Below are positions 13,001 through 28,000 of a stretch of DNA of 64,000 bases, piece by piece. How positions within the stretch are numbered: position 1 is the first letter of the stretch; each line of letters begins with the position of its first letter. The stretch spans positions 14,863,432 through 14,927,431 of the forward strand of contig NC_092679.1 of the NCBI RefSeq assembly GCF_964355755.1, in the 5' to 3' direction. A model generated the notes under the pieces. That model was not told the origin of the DNA and ran no database searches. It saw only the letters and a program-made list of their open reading frames with translations. Position numbers and translations under genes: made by a program. The DNA is from Antedon mediterranea (lineage: Eukaryota > Animalia > Echinodermata).

Positions 13001-16000
13001 TATATTAAAAGTGCTCCAACCTTTCACTACCTTAACATTTTATCTTGGAAATGCCTCGTTATTTGTTGAATATATTTTCTGACATATAAAATAAATCCAA
13101 TTTCAATCTTTCACACAATGAGATATCATCAAGCAAATAGAACAATATTTGACAAATAAAAGAAAAAAGCATATTGCCATAACGAAGCTTCCCAATTACC
13201 ATAAGGCAACATGAAAGTCAACCAAGAAATATAAACAGAATATTGACCAATATTTGAAGCTGAAGTGAACTTCAACCAGTAAACATAAAAAAATAAAGTA
13301 TTCTTATTTACCTGATGTTGAGCCATTTGTGCCTGAGTGGCTTCAAGACCGCCCTCTGGTAAAGGACTACAAGAAGTCAGTTTGTTTGAGATTTGAAGCA
13401 TGGCACATTCAGCTTCTTTCAAAGCGTCATGGTAATCCTGATGATCAGTGATGCTATTCTGCATTGGTTCTGTCAAATTCTATGAATGAAAAATATTTAT
13501 TTTATCTTGCAAATTTCTTAAAAAATTAGAAAATTAATTAAGATATTTAAATACAAAGAAAGTAGACCGAGATATTATATATGAATTAGCCATTACATTA
13601 ATTGAAATTGGACAAAACACTGAAAACTCCCCCTGAAGTACAGAGTTCTTTCCTTACAAAATGCATTTAGAACATCCGACTTTCATGGAAAGCATATATT
13701 TTGGGCTAGCAAAGAGTTTGATAACTGTCTGAATAAAAGTAAAAAGATAAATGCAAAACAGATATTGTTTTTGATAGCTGATTTGATATGTTGATGTAAG
13801 TATGTGAAACTAGATATTTTAATATCAGGTAAGTACCTTTGACCTCAATTCTAGTGAATTGTATCGATGGACTAAGTCTTGAAGTTGACCTTTGACATCT
13901 GTATCACCAGTATCCAATGTAAGCAGTTCCTGTGATAAATGATCAACCTCTTCCAACTGACTTTTATGTTTTTCAATGTCATGTGAAATACCCTGAAGAA
14001 AACAAATTGAAGAATTATGAATTTACAAAAAACAATTGAGACAAAAAACTAAGATTTACTGATTTCAGATAATCATAATCATAATTTTTAGATAATATAA
14101 TTTGGAAGGGTTCAAATACTGAATATGGCCACAAGAAACAAAAAAGTCCCTTTATCTTAAGCTATAAGGTTAGTGGTTTCCGCCTCCTGCAGCCTAGGCC
14201 ACAGGCCCTGACACCCTTAATGGAAAGGCCTCGATTAGAGAACATGCGCACCATCATGATGAATTAAATTACCAAAGTAGCAGTAACAACAATAAGTATG
14301 TGTGTGTTTTCTGACATTTAAAACTACAGTTCTAAACAAAGGTAATCTTAACATACTGCATATATTGCAAATTGTTGCTTCTTCTCTTCAAGATCGACAA
14401 GTTTCTTTGGTTCATCCTCTAACACCTTCTCCACATCTGTCAGCCAGTTTGCAAATCCTTCAGATTTCTCTTTAAATGCATGCCACAACTCTGACCTTGC
14501 AACAAGGTTCTTCTCCACCTCAGTTGCCGTTGTAGCTTGTTCACTGGAACGATGCTGCAAATCTTTTATCTGATTGGTCAAAAGGGTTTGGCCTTCATCA
14601 TTAGTTTGCTGTAAAACTTGTTTATATTTTGTTGAACAAGCAGATAATTTTGACTTATTTTCTGGCAACTTCTTGCAGATATCCTGTAAAGCAAATCAAG
14701 TGCTTTCATATAACACTATATACATGTATGCAACAATATATGCTGAATATGGAGTACATATATATTTCTTTGATGTGTTTATTGCCAACTTTTCCAAATG
14801 CAAGTTCTAAATTGTTAGTTTTCTAGGAAGTCTGGTATTCTGAATAACTAAATAGTATTAAAGAATTTGGGACTTTTTTGACCTTCAGAAAAATTTTTTC
14901 TAAAAATTGTAAAAGGAAGTTCTGTTCTTCTTTTGTTTTACACAAACTTTTTAAAATTTACCTGAACAATTGCAAGTCTTGCATCCACATCCATTCTACT
15001 ACCATCTAGGTGACTTTGCGCTTCAATTGTCTTTTCTGCCGTATCCAAGTTTGTATCAAACTCTTCAAAACACTGATCATACATTTTGTGATCTTTAACA
15101 CGGTTCTGTGAACGTTCGTACAATTCCTGCAAAATGGCATATCATACTTGTAATATATAAAGCAGTATTGTTTTTAAAATGGTTACCTGAGAAGGGAAGT
15201 TAATGTACATTTCATTGCTACACTGTAGGCTACATTGGTAAAAGGAATGTATAGATTGCATACCGTTTGTGCATTTAAAATAGCAGACTGTAAATAAAAA
15301 ATGATTTATTGAGAACTGTTTGCACTATGACATTAACATTATTCCCAATGTGCATGAATGTATTGTTTGTATAAACAGCTCATTCCTTTGTAAACAATCT
15401 CAAATTTGAATGTAACGTGTACAAGTATCTATAAGTAAGTGTAAATCACACGTGGCACATGTTGGGATCCCATATTGGGACATATGGTTCAAGAGATGGT
15501 TCAACATTCTTCATCGTCGTAAGTTCCACAATTAACAAATCGATTATTATGGAGCTCGGCCTACTTTTAAGTATTGTGGAATTTTGTGGAAAATCGCTGT
15601 TCTAAAATGGCTAAATAATTTTGGGAAAGTGGAAGTTTCCTCAGTGCAAATGACTCAAGTAACTAATTCATGGTTTACAGACAGAGTACAAAGGAGTTGG
15701 GACTAAAACTATCATAATAATATAGATGTATTGGCTCTTTACCATAGCTTTTTCCTTAACATTATGATATCTATGTCCAACTTCATCCAATTCAACATTG
15801 ATCAAAACATCAACATCACTGGTCTCAAGGAGTGGTTTGGATTTTTCTGAAGCTTCTATAAAATTTGCTTCATGTTCAATAACATCATCCAGAAGTTTCT
15901 AAAAGATAAAAACACATACAGTACTTCAGACAATGCATGCTATTTTTATATAAATTAATTTATAATTTATTGAGTAACACAATACTTTGTAACCTTTGGT

Positions 16001-19000
16001 ACACCAAACCTTGTACCCTTTGGTACACCATACATTGTACCAATTGGTACACCATACCTTATATTCTGACTGTTGCTCAATTTTTTCCTGCAAATCCTTC
16101 TTTAGCAGAAGATCCCCTGCTAACTTAGTCTCAATGTCGGTCAACCAAGTTGTGATCTTATTGACACAGTCTTGGAACATTTCCCATTGTCTTCTGCACA
16201 CCTCTAACTTGTCTTTCAACCCTGTAGCATCTTTTTCCAGACTTTCAAGTTGTCGTCTGGATGTCAACAGGATGTCCTCAACTTCTTTGCAGCCAGCAGG
16301 AAGAGTTGACTCAATGACGACTTCTGCAAGTCTTTCACATTCTTTCAAGTTTGAAACTCCTTGTGGTAATGAATCAATTAATTCCTACAAAAAGGGCAAT
16401 ATAGTAACTATGATTATATTCTAAATCCTTTAAATCATAACACCACAAAAGCTGATATGGAGAGGAGCACATCAAATCACCTAGTAGGCCTACTGACATC
16501 ACTTTTAAGTTTTTGTAGCTATCTGCCAAAAGCACTCTTTATAGTGAGAAGAAAGATGAAACACATATTATAGTTTTCTATTTAATGAAGAATTACCTGA
16601 ACATTGTCCACTCTATTCTGGATAGCAGATATATCACCATCTAAGCAAGAGGACTCTGTAAGCTTCCTTTGGCTTTCTTGAAGCCAATCGTTGGAAGACA
16701 TCAAATCTTTGGCAAATTCTTGATGATCAGCAACTCTCTTGTTAACTGTCTCACAATAACACTGAAATATATCAAAGATGTTGAGATTTAAATAAAGACT
16801 AACTTACTCATGTGTCGTTACATATCACAGCCATGCTTTACTGGACATTTAATTCAGTAACCTGACTACCTAAACAGGTTTTCTTTCATTTAGTTTAATA
16901 AATAGTTATTGGTACCACTCTGTTGAAAGACTTTATGAAATTCATGTTTACCAACCATAGCAACTTGGGCCAGTGTCTCATATCTGGCTGTAGTATCATT
17001 AGTGCCATTTTTTACAGCTTCGTCATCAGTCATGTGATGTAATCTGTCACATGTGGTGGACAACTTCTTTATGGCAGCTTCATGTGCAGTCACACTCTCA
17101 AGCTTCTCCTGAAAACATATATCATTTTTGTAATTTTAATACAAGAATTAAGGTTACACAACCTAGAATTAATATGAATTTGTTTTCAGTATTTAAAGTA
17201 GCTATGTTGAGTGGTTGTGTGGTTAAGGTACGGAGTGCTGCAAATATTGGTACAGGTTCATTATGCGTTCATTATGAGTCACTTTGCTGCACTTTAAATA
17301 ACCTAGTGCATCTTTCGGAAGAGTTGGATACCCCAATGTGCTGGTATATCACAACCATGTCGAAAGAATGACTGAAGGAGTGGCAACCTTGTGCAAAAAT
17401 TGTCATCATGTTGACAATTTGTGCATGCACTTCACACATTCTCCTGAAACTTCCACAAGTTGCCATGCATGATCCCTGCAAGTTGCCACACATGGAATGG
17501 AGTGCTGCGGGATCAAAACATGTACAAATGTCAACAGGACTTAAAAAGGTTACCTCATAATTTTCAAGTTGTTCCTCTTTTTCTGTCAAACTACTTTTTA
17601 ACTCTGGATCTTCACTGAAATACTCTTCTGTGGTGTCAATCCATTGATGTACCTCTGTCTGCAACCCTTCAAAATGGTTCCACTCAGCAAGACAGTCCTC
17701 AACAGCTGTTTTACTTTCATTCAGCTGGTTTTTGAAACTCTTAAATCGCTGCTTACATGCACTAACATCCTCTGAAATGCTTGCTTGCCCATTTTGATCA
17801 GTGGCAGGAAGAACTTTCTCAGCACTAGACACAATTGTTGAAAGTAAGGTTGACCCTCTTTTCTTGTCATTTGACAAATCCTATTCATAGTTGAATAAAA
17901 AAACAGCTTGAAAATATGATACAGTTAAAAAAATGTTTGGTCTGCTTGTCATCTAAACATTAACCTAAAATGATGGAGATTTGTGAGGCTTAAGTTGACT
18001 ATAGGGGCTTGTAATTGCCAGAGTTGATACAAATAACAATACAAATATTCATAGTCTTACCAAGAGATTGTTCAATCGTGTCTCACATGTATTTTTATCA
18101 CCAATGACACTCTTATTCTCGTTCAAACTGGTTTCAGCAGCCTCCATGTAGTTATTGAACTCTTGCAATGCATTCTGGTATTGTTCATGCTTTTGACTAT
18201 CCTGTTCAGACTTTCTTACTGCCTCCTATATACAGAAAAAAAAACCAATTTGTGTTCACTAGTACAATATTATTAAGTTTAATGGTTTAATTAAATTCAA
18301 TACAGTGGCTCTAACTGAGACTGACATATATATTCTCTCTGAATACAACCATTGCATAATGAGCAGTATATTTTGAATACATGTGAAAACTGAAGATGAT
18401 ACTGAGCATGTTATGATATTACGATGAATTACATCTTATTAACAAAAATTGCTAAAAATCATGAGGTTCAAGAGAATTAGTCATAAGTGACTTGACCAAA
18501 GTGCCTGCTCCATTTTTTATTACAGTTGTACAATCTGTTATTCTAATACTGTAAGTAGAGGTAGGATCTATTAAAATAAAATAATACATTTGACATACCT
18601 TTGCTTTCATAACAAGTTTTTGAAATCTTGTCGTCATTCTGGTTGCATCACTAGCTACACCGACATTACCTGCACTTGTCTCCAACAGTGACTGAGCTTG
18701 GCTGCTCAACGTCTCAAAGTCTATCTGTTTAGCTACGATGTTGTCTTGAAGGTCCTGTTTTATTCAAATAAATGAATTAAATAAGATTAGAATACAATTA
18801 ATGCTTCTTTGAAACTTCAAAATTAATAATGTAAACATTGATTGACAATATTCACTAGCCTACAAATTTGGAAAAGACCCGCCACACAATAAACATAATA
18901 CAGTTCGTTTCGTTTCGTTTCATTTATTTATTTTCCAAACATTGAACAAAAGGAACAGATATATAATATAAACTATACGAAAGAAAAAAAAGACAATGTG

Positions 19001-22000
19001 TGAAAGGAGATTAAAATAAGTAAAAATTACTTTAAGCATTGACCACCTGAACAGTTGTAGACAAGAAAACTAATAAATCTACAATATTTACAGTAGAACC
19101 ACTATTAAGGGGACATCTTTAGGACCCAATACAATTTCCCCTAAATATCTATATTATCTTACCTTGAATTTTTGCTTTTGCGATACTTTCTGTTCTAGTT
19201 CTGTCTGAGGTTTGACCCCAGTGGCAAGTTCATCCTCATAAGACTCCATCCAAGAGAGCAACTCAGCATTTGTAGAATCATAGCTACTCCATTGCTCTGC
19301 GCAGTTCTCCAGCTTGGCTTTGCTGGCATTTAATGCATTCAGAAGGCTTTCATAATCCTCTTTAGCTTTGTTCAACTGGTCTAGTATTGCTACTTGCCCA
19401 ATGTTAGCAGTGTTTGGAAGGACTACTTTACTGATCTCACTCACATCATCAAGAAGCTGTTTACCTTTTTCCATTAGCACAAATAGTTCCTATAGATTAT
19501 ATAAAACAATACAAGAAATAAATAATAAACAGTAAACATGTATTTGCATCTTTTACTACATTTAGCCCAAGTAAGAACAATTTAGCATACAAACCTTCGC
19601 AGTTCCAAGTTTATCATACACCACTTGTCTTTTGCCACTTGTATCAGACACCATTGTAATCTTCTGCCTGGCTTCCTTCAACCAGTCATTGAAATCTTGC
19701 AGATTCTTCTGGTACTTCTGATGATCTTTGACAACTTCAGTGGCATTTTCACAAAGGTCCTGGACAGAAACAAATATTCATTCATATAACTTTACTTGAC
19801 CATATTGTATAGGCTGTTACCTCCAAAGAAAGCATGGCATAAACAAACATACAATTTAACAAGTGATAGTGTAAAGTAAAATAAACAATAGAAGAAACTT
19901 TGGAAAGTAAACTTAATATGACAAACCTTTAAAGCATTTAAAAGCTGTTGATATTTGTTCCCAAGTTCAGAAACCTCCTCACTTAGTTCACTGGAGCCTG
20001 GATTGAGCTCAATTAGCTGTTCAGATGCTTGGTTGACTAAATTATGATATCTTTTGTGGCTTAGAGCTTCATTTTGTAGTACCTACATACAAGTTCAATA
20101 ATCATTTAAACTTAGTTTCTAATGAGGCCAAATTATCTATTTGCAATCAGAGTTTTCTATTTACAGTACTAATAATAATCAATAGAAGAGCATTGGTGAT
20201 GAAATGTTCAGATGTGAGAGATCCTATGTTTATCAGTACAGCTACACTTGCTGTGTTGTAGCCATTGTAAAATTAATGGTGATGTTAGACTGTACAGGCA
20301 GGGAAACTAGGCATAAATGGTAAATTGATAATGATACTGAAATACACCATATTGTATGTGTCTGTCTGACTGAACTTCATATTCACGAAATGTTGTACTT
20401 CTAATTTTAGCACATAACAAAGTACACCTACCTTTGCTCTATCTTGACGAACTTTCTTTTCAGCAACGGTAGATTTCAGCTCTTTTAGTCCATCAACCTG
20501 CTTCTCCACATCTGTCATGCAGCTCTCCAGCTTCTCTTTACTGGAGAGATACGTGTTCCACAACTGCATTACCTCCTCAATCTGTTTCTTAAGCTTTGTG
20601 GCTGTATCAATGGCGTCATTGTACTGGCGTTTGCAGGTATCTAATACTGACTGCACCTGAGCTTTACCGGCATCAGATGACTGTAATAAGAGCCGCTCTC
20701 CTTTAGACGTCACAGAGTTTAGAAAAGTCTGTCCTTTGTGTCTTGTCGACAATACATCCTAAAATAAAGAAAATAAAAGTACCATATAATAAAGATTTTT
20801 ATCTAAAAACTATGCTCCAAACCAAAGACACAAAATTACGAAAAAATAATATGATATTGTATTATATAGGTTCATTAATTGAATATGTTCTGTATCCTAC
20901 CTGAACAATATGAAATCTATCTATCACTTCATTCCGTGACCCTTGGCATGAGTTACAGGCTTGTAGTGTCTGAACTGTTTGGCTGTGCCAAGCTTCAAAC
21001 TCATCACAATTTAGACTATACTGTTGATGGTCTGAAAAGTTTTTCTCGACTTTCCTTTTCGCTTCCTAAAAAATGAAAATCATCAGAAACTTGAAATAAA
21101 TAACGGTGTATTTAAATTTAATTTGCTGTACAACCCCTCCTTTGGAACACCTCTAATCAGGGGACACCCTTACTCAGGGGACAGTTTCTTCTGATATAAA
21201 CGAGAAGAAATATATTTAAAACACATGGCTAACCTCTGTTCAGAGACAACCCTACAGGAGACAGTTTCCAGAGGTGTCCCCTTAACAGAGACTATCATTA
21301 TTCATTCTACAATAAAAGGATTTGAGAGTTCACACCTTTAACTTCAGTTGCAGTGTCTGATATTGGTTAGCCAGCTGCATAGCTTCACTTGCCATGGATA
21401 CAGCCCCTGGGTTGCTTTCTATTAGACCTTCTGCCTTCTTCACTAATTCTTCTTTCACTAAGTTATGATGTTGTACATCTGCATGCAACTCCTGGAAATT
21501 TAAGTGAACAATACTGTCAACTTTCGAAAAATTGTATATAATCGTACATAAAATTTAACTAAAACTCTTCTCCGAAAATCATTTTGAGGTCATTTTTAAC
21601 CAAGGTTTTAGTAAAATTTTGTAGTGTTTTGACATTATATGGCTACTTATATCTTAATCAGAGAGCAATGCCATTGAACACCTCAATTTTGGCAGTAAGT
21701 TGTTAGTTGACTTGTCGCATGTAAAAATCATCAAAATGACATGATATGGTCTTAGTTGACATGTGTAGACGTTGGATTACCTGAACTGCGTCTTGCACTT
21801 CTTTCTTCCCTTCAAGGTCATCTTGTGGTTGTACACACAGCTGCACAGTTTCATCTGCCTTTACCAACCAATTCTCAAAATCATCAAACACATTGCCAAA
21901 TTCCTTCCACTGGTTGGCATTATCATGTATACGTTCATTGATTTTCTCTAAATCTTGTTTTAAAGTTTCAAATTCTTTTGTGATGGTCTGTACATCTTGC

Positions 22001-25000
22001 AGTATGAGGTCTTTTCCTGTGAATCCAGTATCTGGTAAGACCTCTTCAGCTTGTTCAGTTGTCTGGTGGATTTTACTCTGGCCTTCTGGTAGGCTTTCAA
22101 GAAGTTGCTAAAACAAAACAAAGATTTTATTTAAATCCTAAAGTGTTGGATATCTCATATTTCTCAAATTACAGTACTGCACAGACGGTCATCAACTTAG
22201 CAAATAAATTGTGTATGAATTGGAATGCCAAAAAATTAAGACATTAAACAAATTTACTTCCAGTTACTAAACAGTTTCCAAAATGACAACCCATTTTAAA
22301 GTGATGAAATCTTGTTGAAACACTTACCTCAATTTGATTCAGTTTATCATGATTGGCATTCTTATCACTAGTTGCCATAGCGCACTGAAGCGCTTGCTGT
22401 CTAGATTTCTTTATCCAGCCAGAAGAATCTTGCACCGTTTCATCATATTTCATATGTTTATCGACAATTCTTTGTAACTTACTCGATGTATCCTAATATT
22501 TTAAAATAAATTGCATACTAAGTGATCAATACAATATATATTGTAATTAATAATATAACAGTAGGGTGAGATCACACCAGAGACATTTTCATAATTATTG
22601 AATGAATCAAGAGTTCAAATAAATAACACAAGTGTAATATGTATCTTACCTTAGCAAATTGACAAAGTTTCTGATATGCATCAGTGACTTGCTTGACCTT
22701 ATCATTGACCTCTGGATCATCAACCCCTATGCTGGTTAGTTGTTCTGGTTGTTCACTCAAGCGTTCAATATCTGGTTGAGCTGCTTCAATTTCTTTAGCT
22801 AGTTTCTGAACATAAAAAAAATAACATAAATAAGATACAATATATATATATCATCATTCTGTAAAACCAAGGCAACTCAACAACAGGATTCTGAGCTCTG
22901 GAGATCAAAGGGTTTGTCTGTGGCTGTGACACGATCATTTCCGAATGCCCCTTAAGAGACACTGTGCGCTGCACAGAATATGTACTGTTGGTACTTGTCG
23001 CAGCAAGACATAAGATCAAAGGATTGTTATGAGTTCTTATCTTGGTAATGTTAACCTTGAAATACAGTAGCTTTGCATCAGGAAGCTAGTAATTGGTCAG
23101 ATGTTAGCTCTACTCTGACCCTAGCCATCAGCGCAAGCTAATTGGTCAGATGTTAGCTCTACTCTGACCCTAGCCATCAGCGCAAGCTAATTGGTCAGAT
23201 GTTAGCTCTACTCTGACCCTAGCCATCAGCGCAAGCTAATTGGTCAGATGTTAGCTCTACTCTGACCCTAGCCATCAGCGCAAGCTAATTGGTCAGATGT
23301 TAGCTCTACTCTGACCCTAGCCATCAGCGCAAGCTAATTGGTCAGATGTTAGCTCTACTCTGACCCTAGCCATCAGCGCAAGCTAATTGGTCAGATGTTA
23401 GCTCTACTCTGACCCTAGCCATCAGCGCAAGCTAATTGGTCAGATGTTAGCTCTACTCTGACCCTAGCCATCAGCGCAAGCTAATTGGTCAGATGTTAGC
23501 TCTACTCTGACCCTAGCCATCAGCGCAAGCTAATTGGTCAGATGTTAGCTCTACTCTGACCCTAGCCATCAGCGCAAGCTAATTGGTCAGATGTTAGCTC
23601 TACTCTGACCCTAGCCATCAGCGCAAGCTAATTGGTCAGATGTTAGCTCTACTCTGACCCTAGCCATCAGCGCAAGCTAATTGGTCAGATGTTAGCTCTA
23701 CTCTGACCCTAGCCATCAGCGCAAGCTAATTGGTCAGATGTTAGCTCTACTCTGACCCTAGCCATCAGCGCAAGCTAATTGGTCAGATGTTAGCTCTACT
23801 CTGACCCTAGCCATCAGCGCAAGCTAATTGGTCAGATGTTAGCTCTACTCTGACCCTAGCCATCAGCGCAAGCTAATTGGTCAGATGTTAGCTCTACTCT
23901 GACCCTAGCCATCAGCGCAAGCTAATTGGTCAGATGTTAGCTCTACTCTGACCCTAGCCATCAGCGCAAGCTAATTGGTCAGATGTTAGCTCTACTCTGA
24001 CCCTAGCCATCAGCGCAAGCTAATTGGTCAGATGTTAGCTCTACTCTGACCCTAGCCATCAGCGCAAGCTAATTGGTCAGATGTTAGCTCTACTCTGACC
24101 CTAGCCATCAGCGCAAGCTAATTGGTCAGATGTTAGCTCTACTCTGACCCTAGCCATCAGCGCAAGCTCGTGGTCTAAAGGTATGAATGCCAGGCTAGTG
24201 ATCGGAGGTCACAGGTTTCAGTTTAACCGGAGAATTACAAATTATGACCAATTAGTTCACTAACTTACTATCATTAATTTAGTTTTGTTCACTTTATCTT
24301 TTACAGAACTCTGCAAATCTTGGGCTTCAAGGATTTTCTGTTCCATATCTGCAATCCAGACTTCCAAATCTTCACAATCGCAATCCAGCTTAGACCAAAG
24401 TTTAAGGACCTTGTCAAGAAGTTCATTGGCCTGACTCAGTGAAGCTAGTAACCCAGACCACACTGACTGTTGTTCCCTTAGGTCATTCTGGATTCTGTCT
24501 CTGCCTGCAGCAGAGGTCCTTTTTTCTACTTCGTCAGCCTGACCCATGGCCTCTTTCAGTTTGTCTTCACCATCATTTTTCTGCTCTGATAATGTCTAAG
24601 TAAATAGAAGTCAGTATATTAATATTGTGAAAACCTGTTTCGATTTTAAAGTGTAAGCTATTTCAACTAAGAGGACAACTTCAGACCACTGACGACTTTA
24701 CATAGTAATATTATAGTATGCCAAAGTGTTACATTATTTAAAAATTCAGGTTAAAATGCATTGTAGATATTATTTATATTACTTTGATTTTGGCAGCCTT
24801 TTGGAGAACCTCTTGTTTGCAACCTTTGACATTGCCACATTTTTCAAGAGTAGATGATGCATCTTCTAACCAATCAGTGTAGTCCTGAAGACATTCTTCA
24901 TATATTTGATGATCTGTAACAGCCCCCTCAAGCTCATCTAAACACACCTACAAAAACAAGAAATATGTATAAATATAACAGTTTCATAAAAATCCTATAA

Positions 25001-28000
25001 TGTATAAAAGGTCTTGAATAAAATAAAATAGTTTGTAAAGCCATTGGTAGAGTAGTTGAAAGAGCCTACCTTTACTTTATCTTTAAGTTCCTCATATTTC
25101 TTCAGTAGTTGACTCACATCAGCTGCGAAAGTAGAAGCACCATTTGTAAGTTTTAGGAGGACTTGAGCCTCGTCTTCAAGTTTGAAGAACTCTGGTTCTT
25201 GATCAATGATGTGTTCTTCAACAGCCTAATATTGAAATAAAAAAATAAGTTTGATTTAATCAGTTATCTTTAGGTAAAAAAAAGCAGTATAGGTGGTCTA
25301 CTGCAAAATGTTTGCATCAAATTCATTAAACTGGGTTTTGTTGTTACCTCACAGTAAACCATGGCACTATTTTTTTCTAATTAAGTCTGTTAAGTTTGTT
25401 TTTGTCGAAAACAAGCAGTTCTCTCAGAATGTTAAAATGTCACAGAGGACAAGGTCTATTCGTTGTCAATAATATATCATTTGGAGGGTAACTTTACATA
25501 TAATCTCACCTGGAATTTGTCCAACTGTTGTCGTTTGCCTTCAATTACATCCTGTAGGATTCCAGCCCATTTCAGACTCTCGTCTGTCTCTTCCAGCCAT
25601 TGTGACAGAGCATCACTTGCATCGGTACACTTCTTCCATTGAGCCATCCATGTTTCCAGATTTATTTGAGATTCATGCACTTCTTGGATGAATGTCTCAA
25701 GCTCTTTTTCAGCAGTCTCCATCTGTTGCTGGATAGTTGGTCGACCAGCCTCACTAGTTTGGGACAGTGTTTCAAAACCCTGTTTCTTCAGTTCGTCCAA
25801 TTTAGCTTTACCTTCTGGTTCTCTAGCAATCAATTTCTATTAATACAATAAAAACAGTTAGTATTCCTTTGTCGGCCTCTGTTGAATTGCTGGATATTAT
25901 GTGTAAGCCATTATAAATTAACAATAATAATAATGAGCATCTTAACCACCAAACTACAACTCCACTCATAAAGCATAACATTATTTTCTATACCTTTATG
26001 GTTTCAATATTATCTGCATTTGTGTCAGAGTTTCCAGTGCATACTCCAAACTGCTGCAACATCTGATTGACCTCAATCAGCCAATCACTATACTCTTGGC
26101 AAGCATCTAAGAATGATTGATGTGTGACAACATGTTCTTCACCTCTATTGACAAGATCCTGGAGAAAGATATGAACATTGAAAATATTGGTAATTGATAA
26201 GGCTAAAATTCTTCTCTAAAGAGAATCATGAGTATACATTTGCTTGGTCTGTGTATCTGATAAGCACAAAACTTATGGGTCATAGAGATCGCATTGGAGT
26301 TGATGATCTAGACCTTCGCTTTTCTAATATCTATGGTCTAAGCATTGTCAAACATATTATCCATTAAAAATGTTGACATACCTCAGCTTTTTTAACTGTG
26401 TCTTGATATCGGTCGGTTACTTCTTTCAGTTGACCTGTTATGGTGTCTTCTTTTCCTGATTGCTTGAGTTCCTCAGCTTTTTCAGTCACAGATATAATGT
26501 TCTTGTATGATGTGAGATCCTCATGTATAGCCTATTTGGTGACAACAGTAATTATCTTACCACCTATTTACATTTACATCCTACCAAATGATTATTAAGT
26601 GTTAAAACCTGGGTTTTTGGGTGGTGAATATTAAATCAATCTGAAAAAATCTGAAGACCAAAATTCATTTTAAAATATTTTAAGCAGATTCTGTTTATTT
26701 ACACTGTAGGGCAAGGTTATAAAATGTCAAATATACACATACCTTGCATTTTCCAAGATACTCTCGTTTACCATTGAGGTCTACATTTAGTTGATCTTTT
26801 TCAGCTTCACCAACTCTATCATTCATGTCATCAAGCCAGGTTTCAATTTGCTCTAGGCACTCTTGGTAGTTCATCCAACTAGTTTGACATGCCTCCAGAC
26901 TGCCGTGGATCTGGCTTAGATTACTTAGGAATATCTGCCACTCATCTTTCAGGGTTTCAACAGCTTGCTTGGAAATAGCACGCCCTTCTGGTGATGTCTG
27001 GTTTAAAATGGCATCAAGGTTTCCTTCGGTATTGTTAAGTAGACTTTGACCTTCCTCTCTTTTATCTAACAATGTCTGCAAAATAAATTTTAGATAAAAA
27101 TCATTAGAATTAGTAATCATTATTACAACATATTAAAATTCAGGGATCACATATTAAATATAGCCATTATCAATTTTTGCTTTTCCAATATCAATATGTA
27201 TTTCTAAAGTAGCTTTGCTGTTTACCACATAGGTACACCATTCTGTAAGCTGTAATCTAAAGTTGTGGTTCAAACATTTGTCAATTTTAATGTTTAGAAT
27301 AGCATTTTCCCTAATGTAAGTTGATTGCATGTGAAAGACTTAACTACTTACTTTAATTGTATCTAGTCTTGCTTTAATAATATCATTTTCTCCACTAGTA
27401 CTGCTGTGTTCTTTCAGTTCTTGATTTGCTTTCTCCAACCATTCTGTAAACACCTTAGATGATGTCATGTATAACTGATGGTTGTTGCAGTTCTCTTGTA
27501 ACTGTTCGACATCAGCCTGCAAAAATTGAGTATAAATAATTAATTATCTCCTTCAGTATTGTTAATCTTCTGAAGATTACAAATTAAAGTCAAGTGGCCG
27601 AGCATTTAAGGCAGATCACCACAGTTTCAAGGGGCTCTTTAGTTCCAATGTATGCATCTGGCTCACTTTAAACCACCCAGTGCATTGTCCAGAAGAGAAA
27701 GGATTTACTACACTATCTCAGTTCCTTTTGTCGTGGACAGACAAATGAGTGCTGATCAGTGGCAGCTGGAAACCTTAGTTATCACTGTAGAAAAGTGGAT
27801 TATAAGTATGGATTCATTATCTATTATAAGTTGAATAAACCTTTTTCAGTTGGTTTCTTGGCAATAATACATTTGTTTTTTTGCATACCTTTGATTTTGT
27901 GAGTAGGGCATCATAGTTGATCTTGAGCTGTTCAATTTGCCTTGGTATTTCAAGATCTGCATAATTAGCTGCTGTAACAACTTCAGCAAGTTGACAACAT

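Noticed and set aside
23090-24167. CRISPR array (palindromic repeats at fixed spacing)
   Set aside because: Units are contiguous and identical with no unique spacers. There are no cas genes and the context is a eukaryotic intron.
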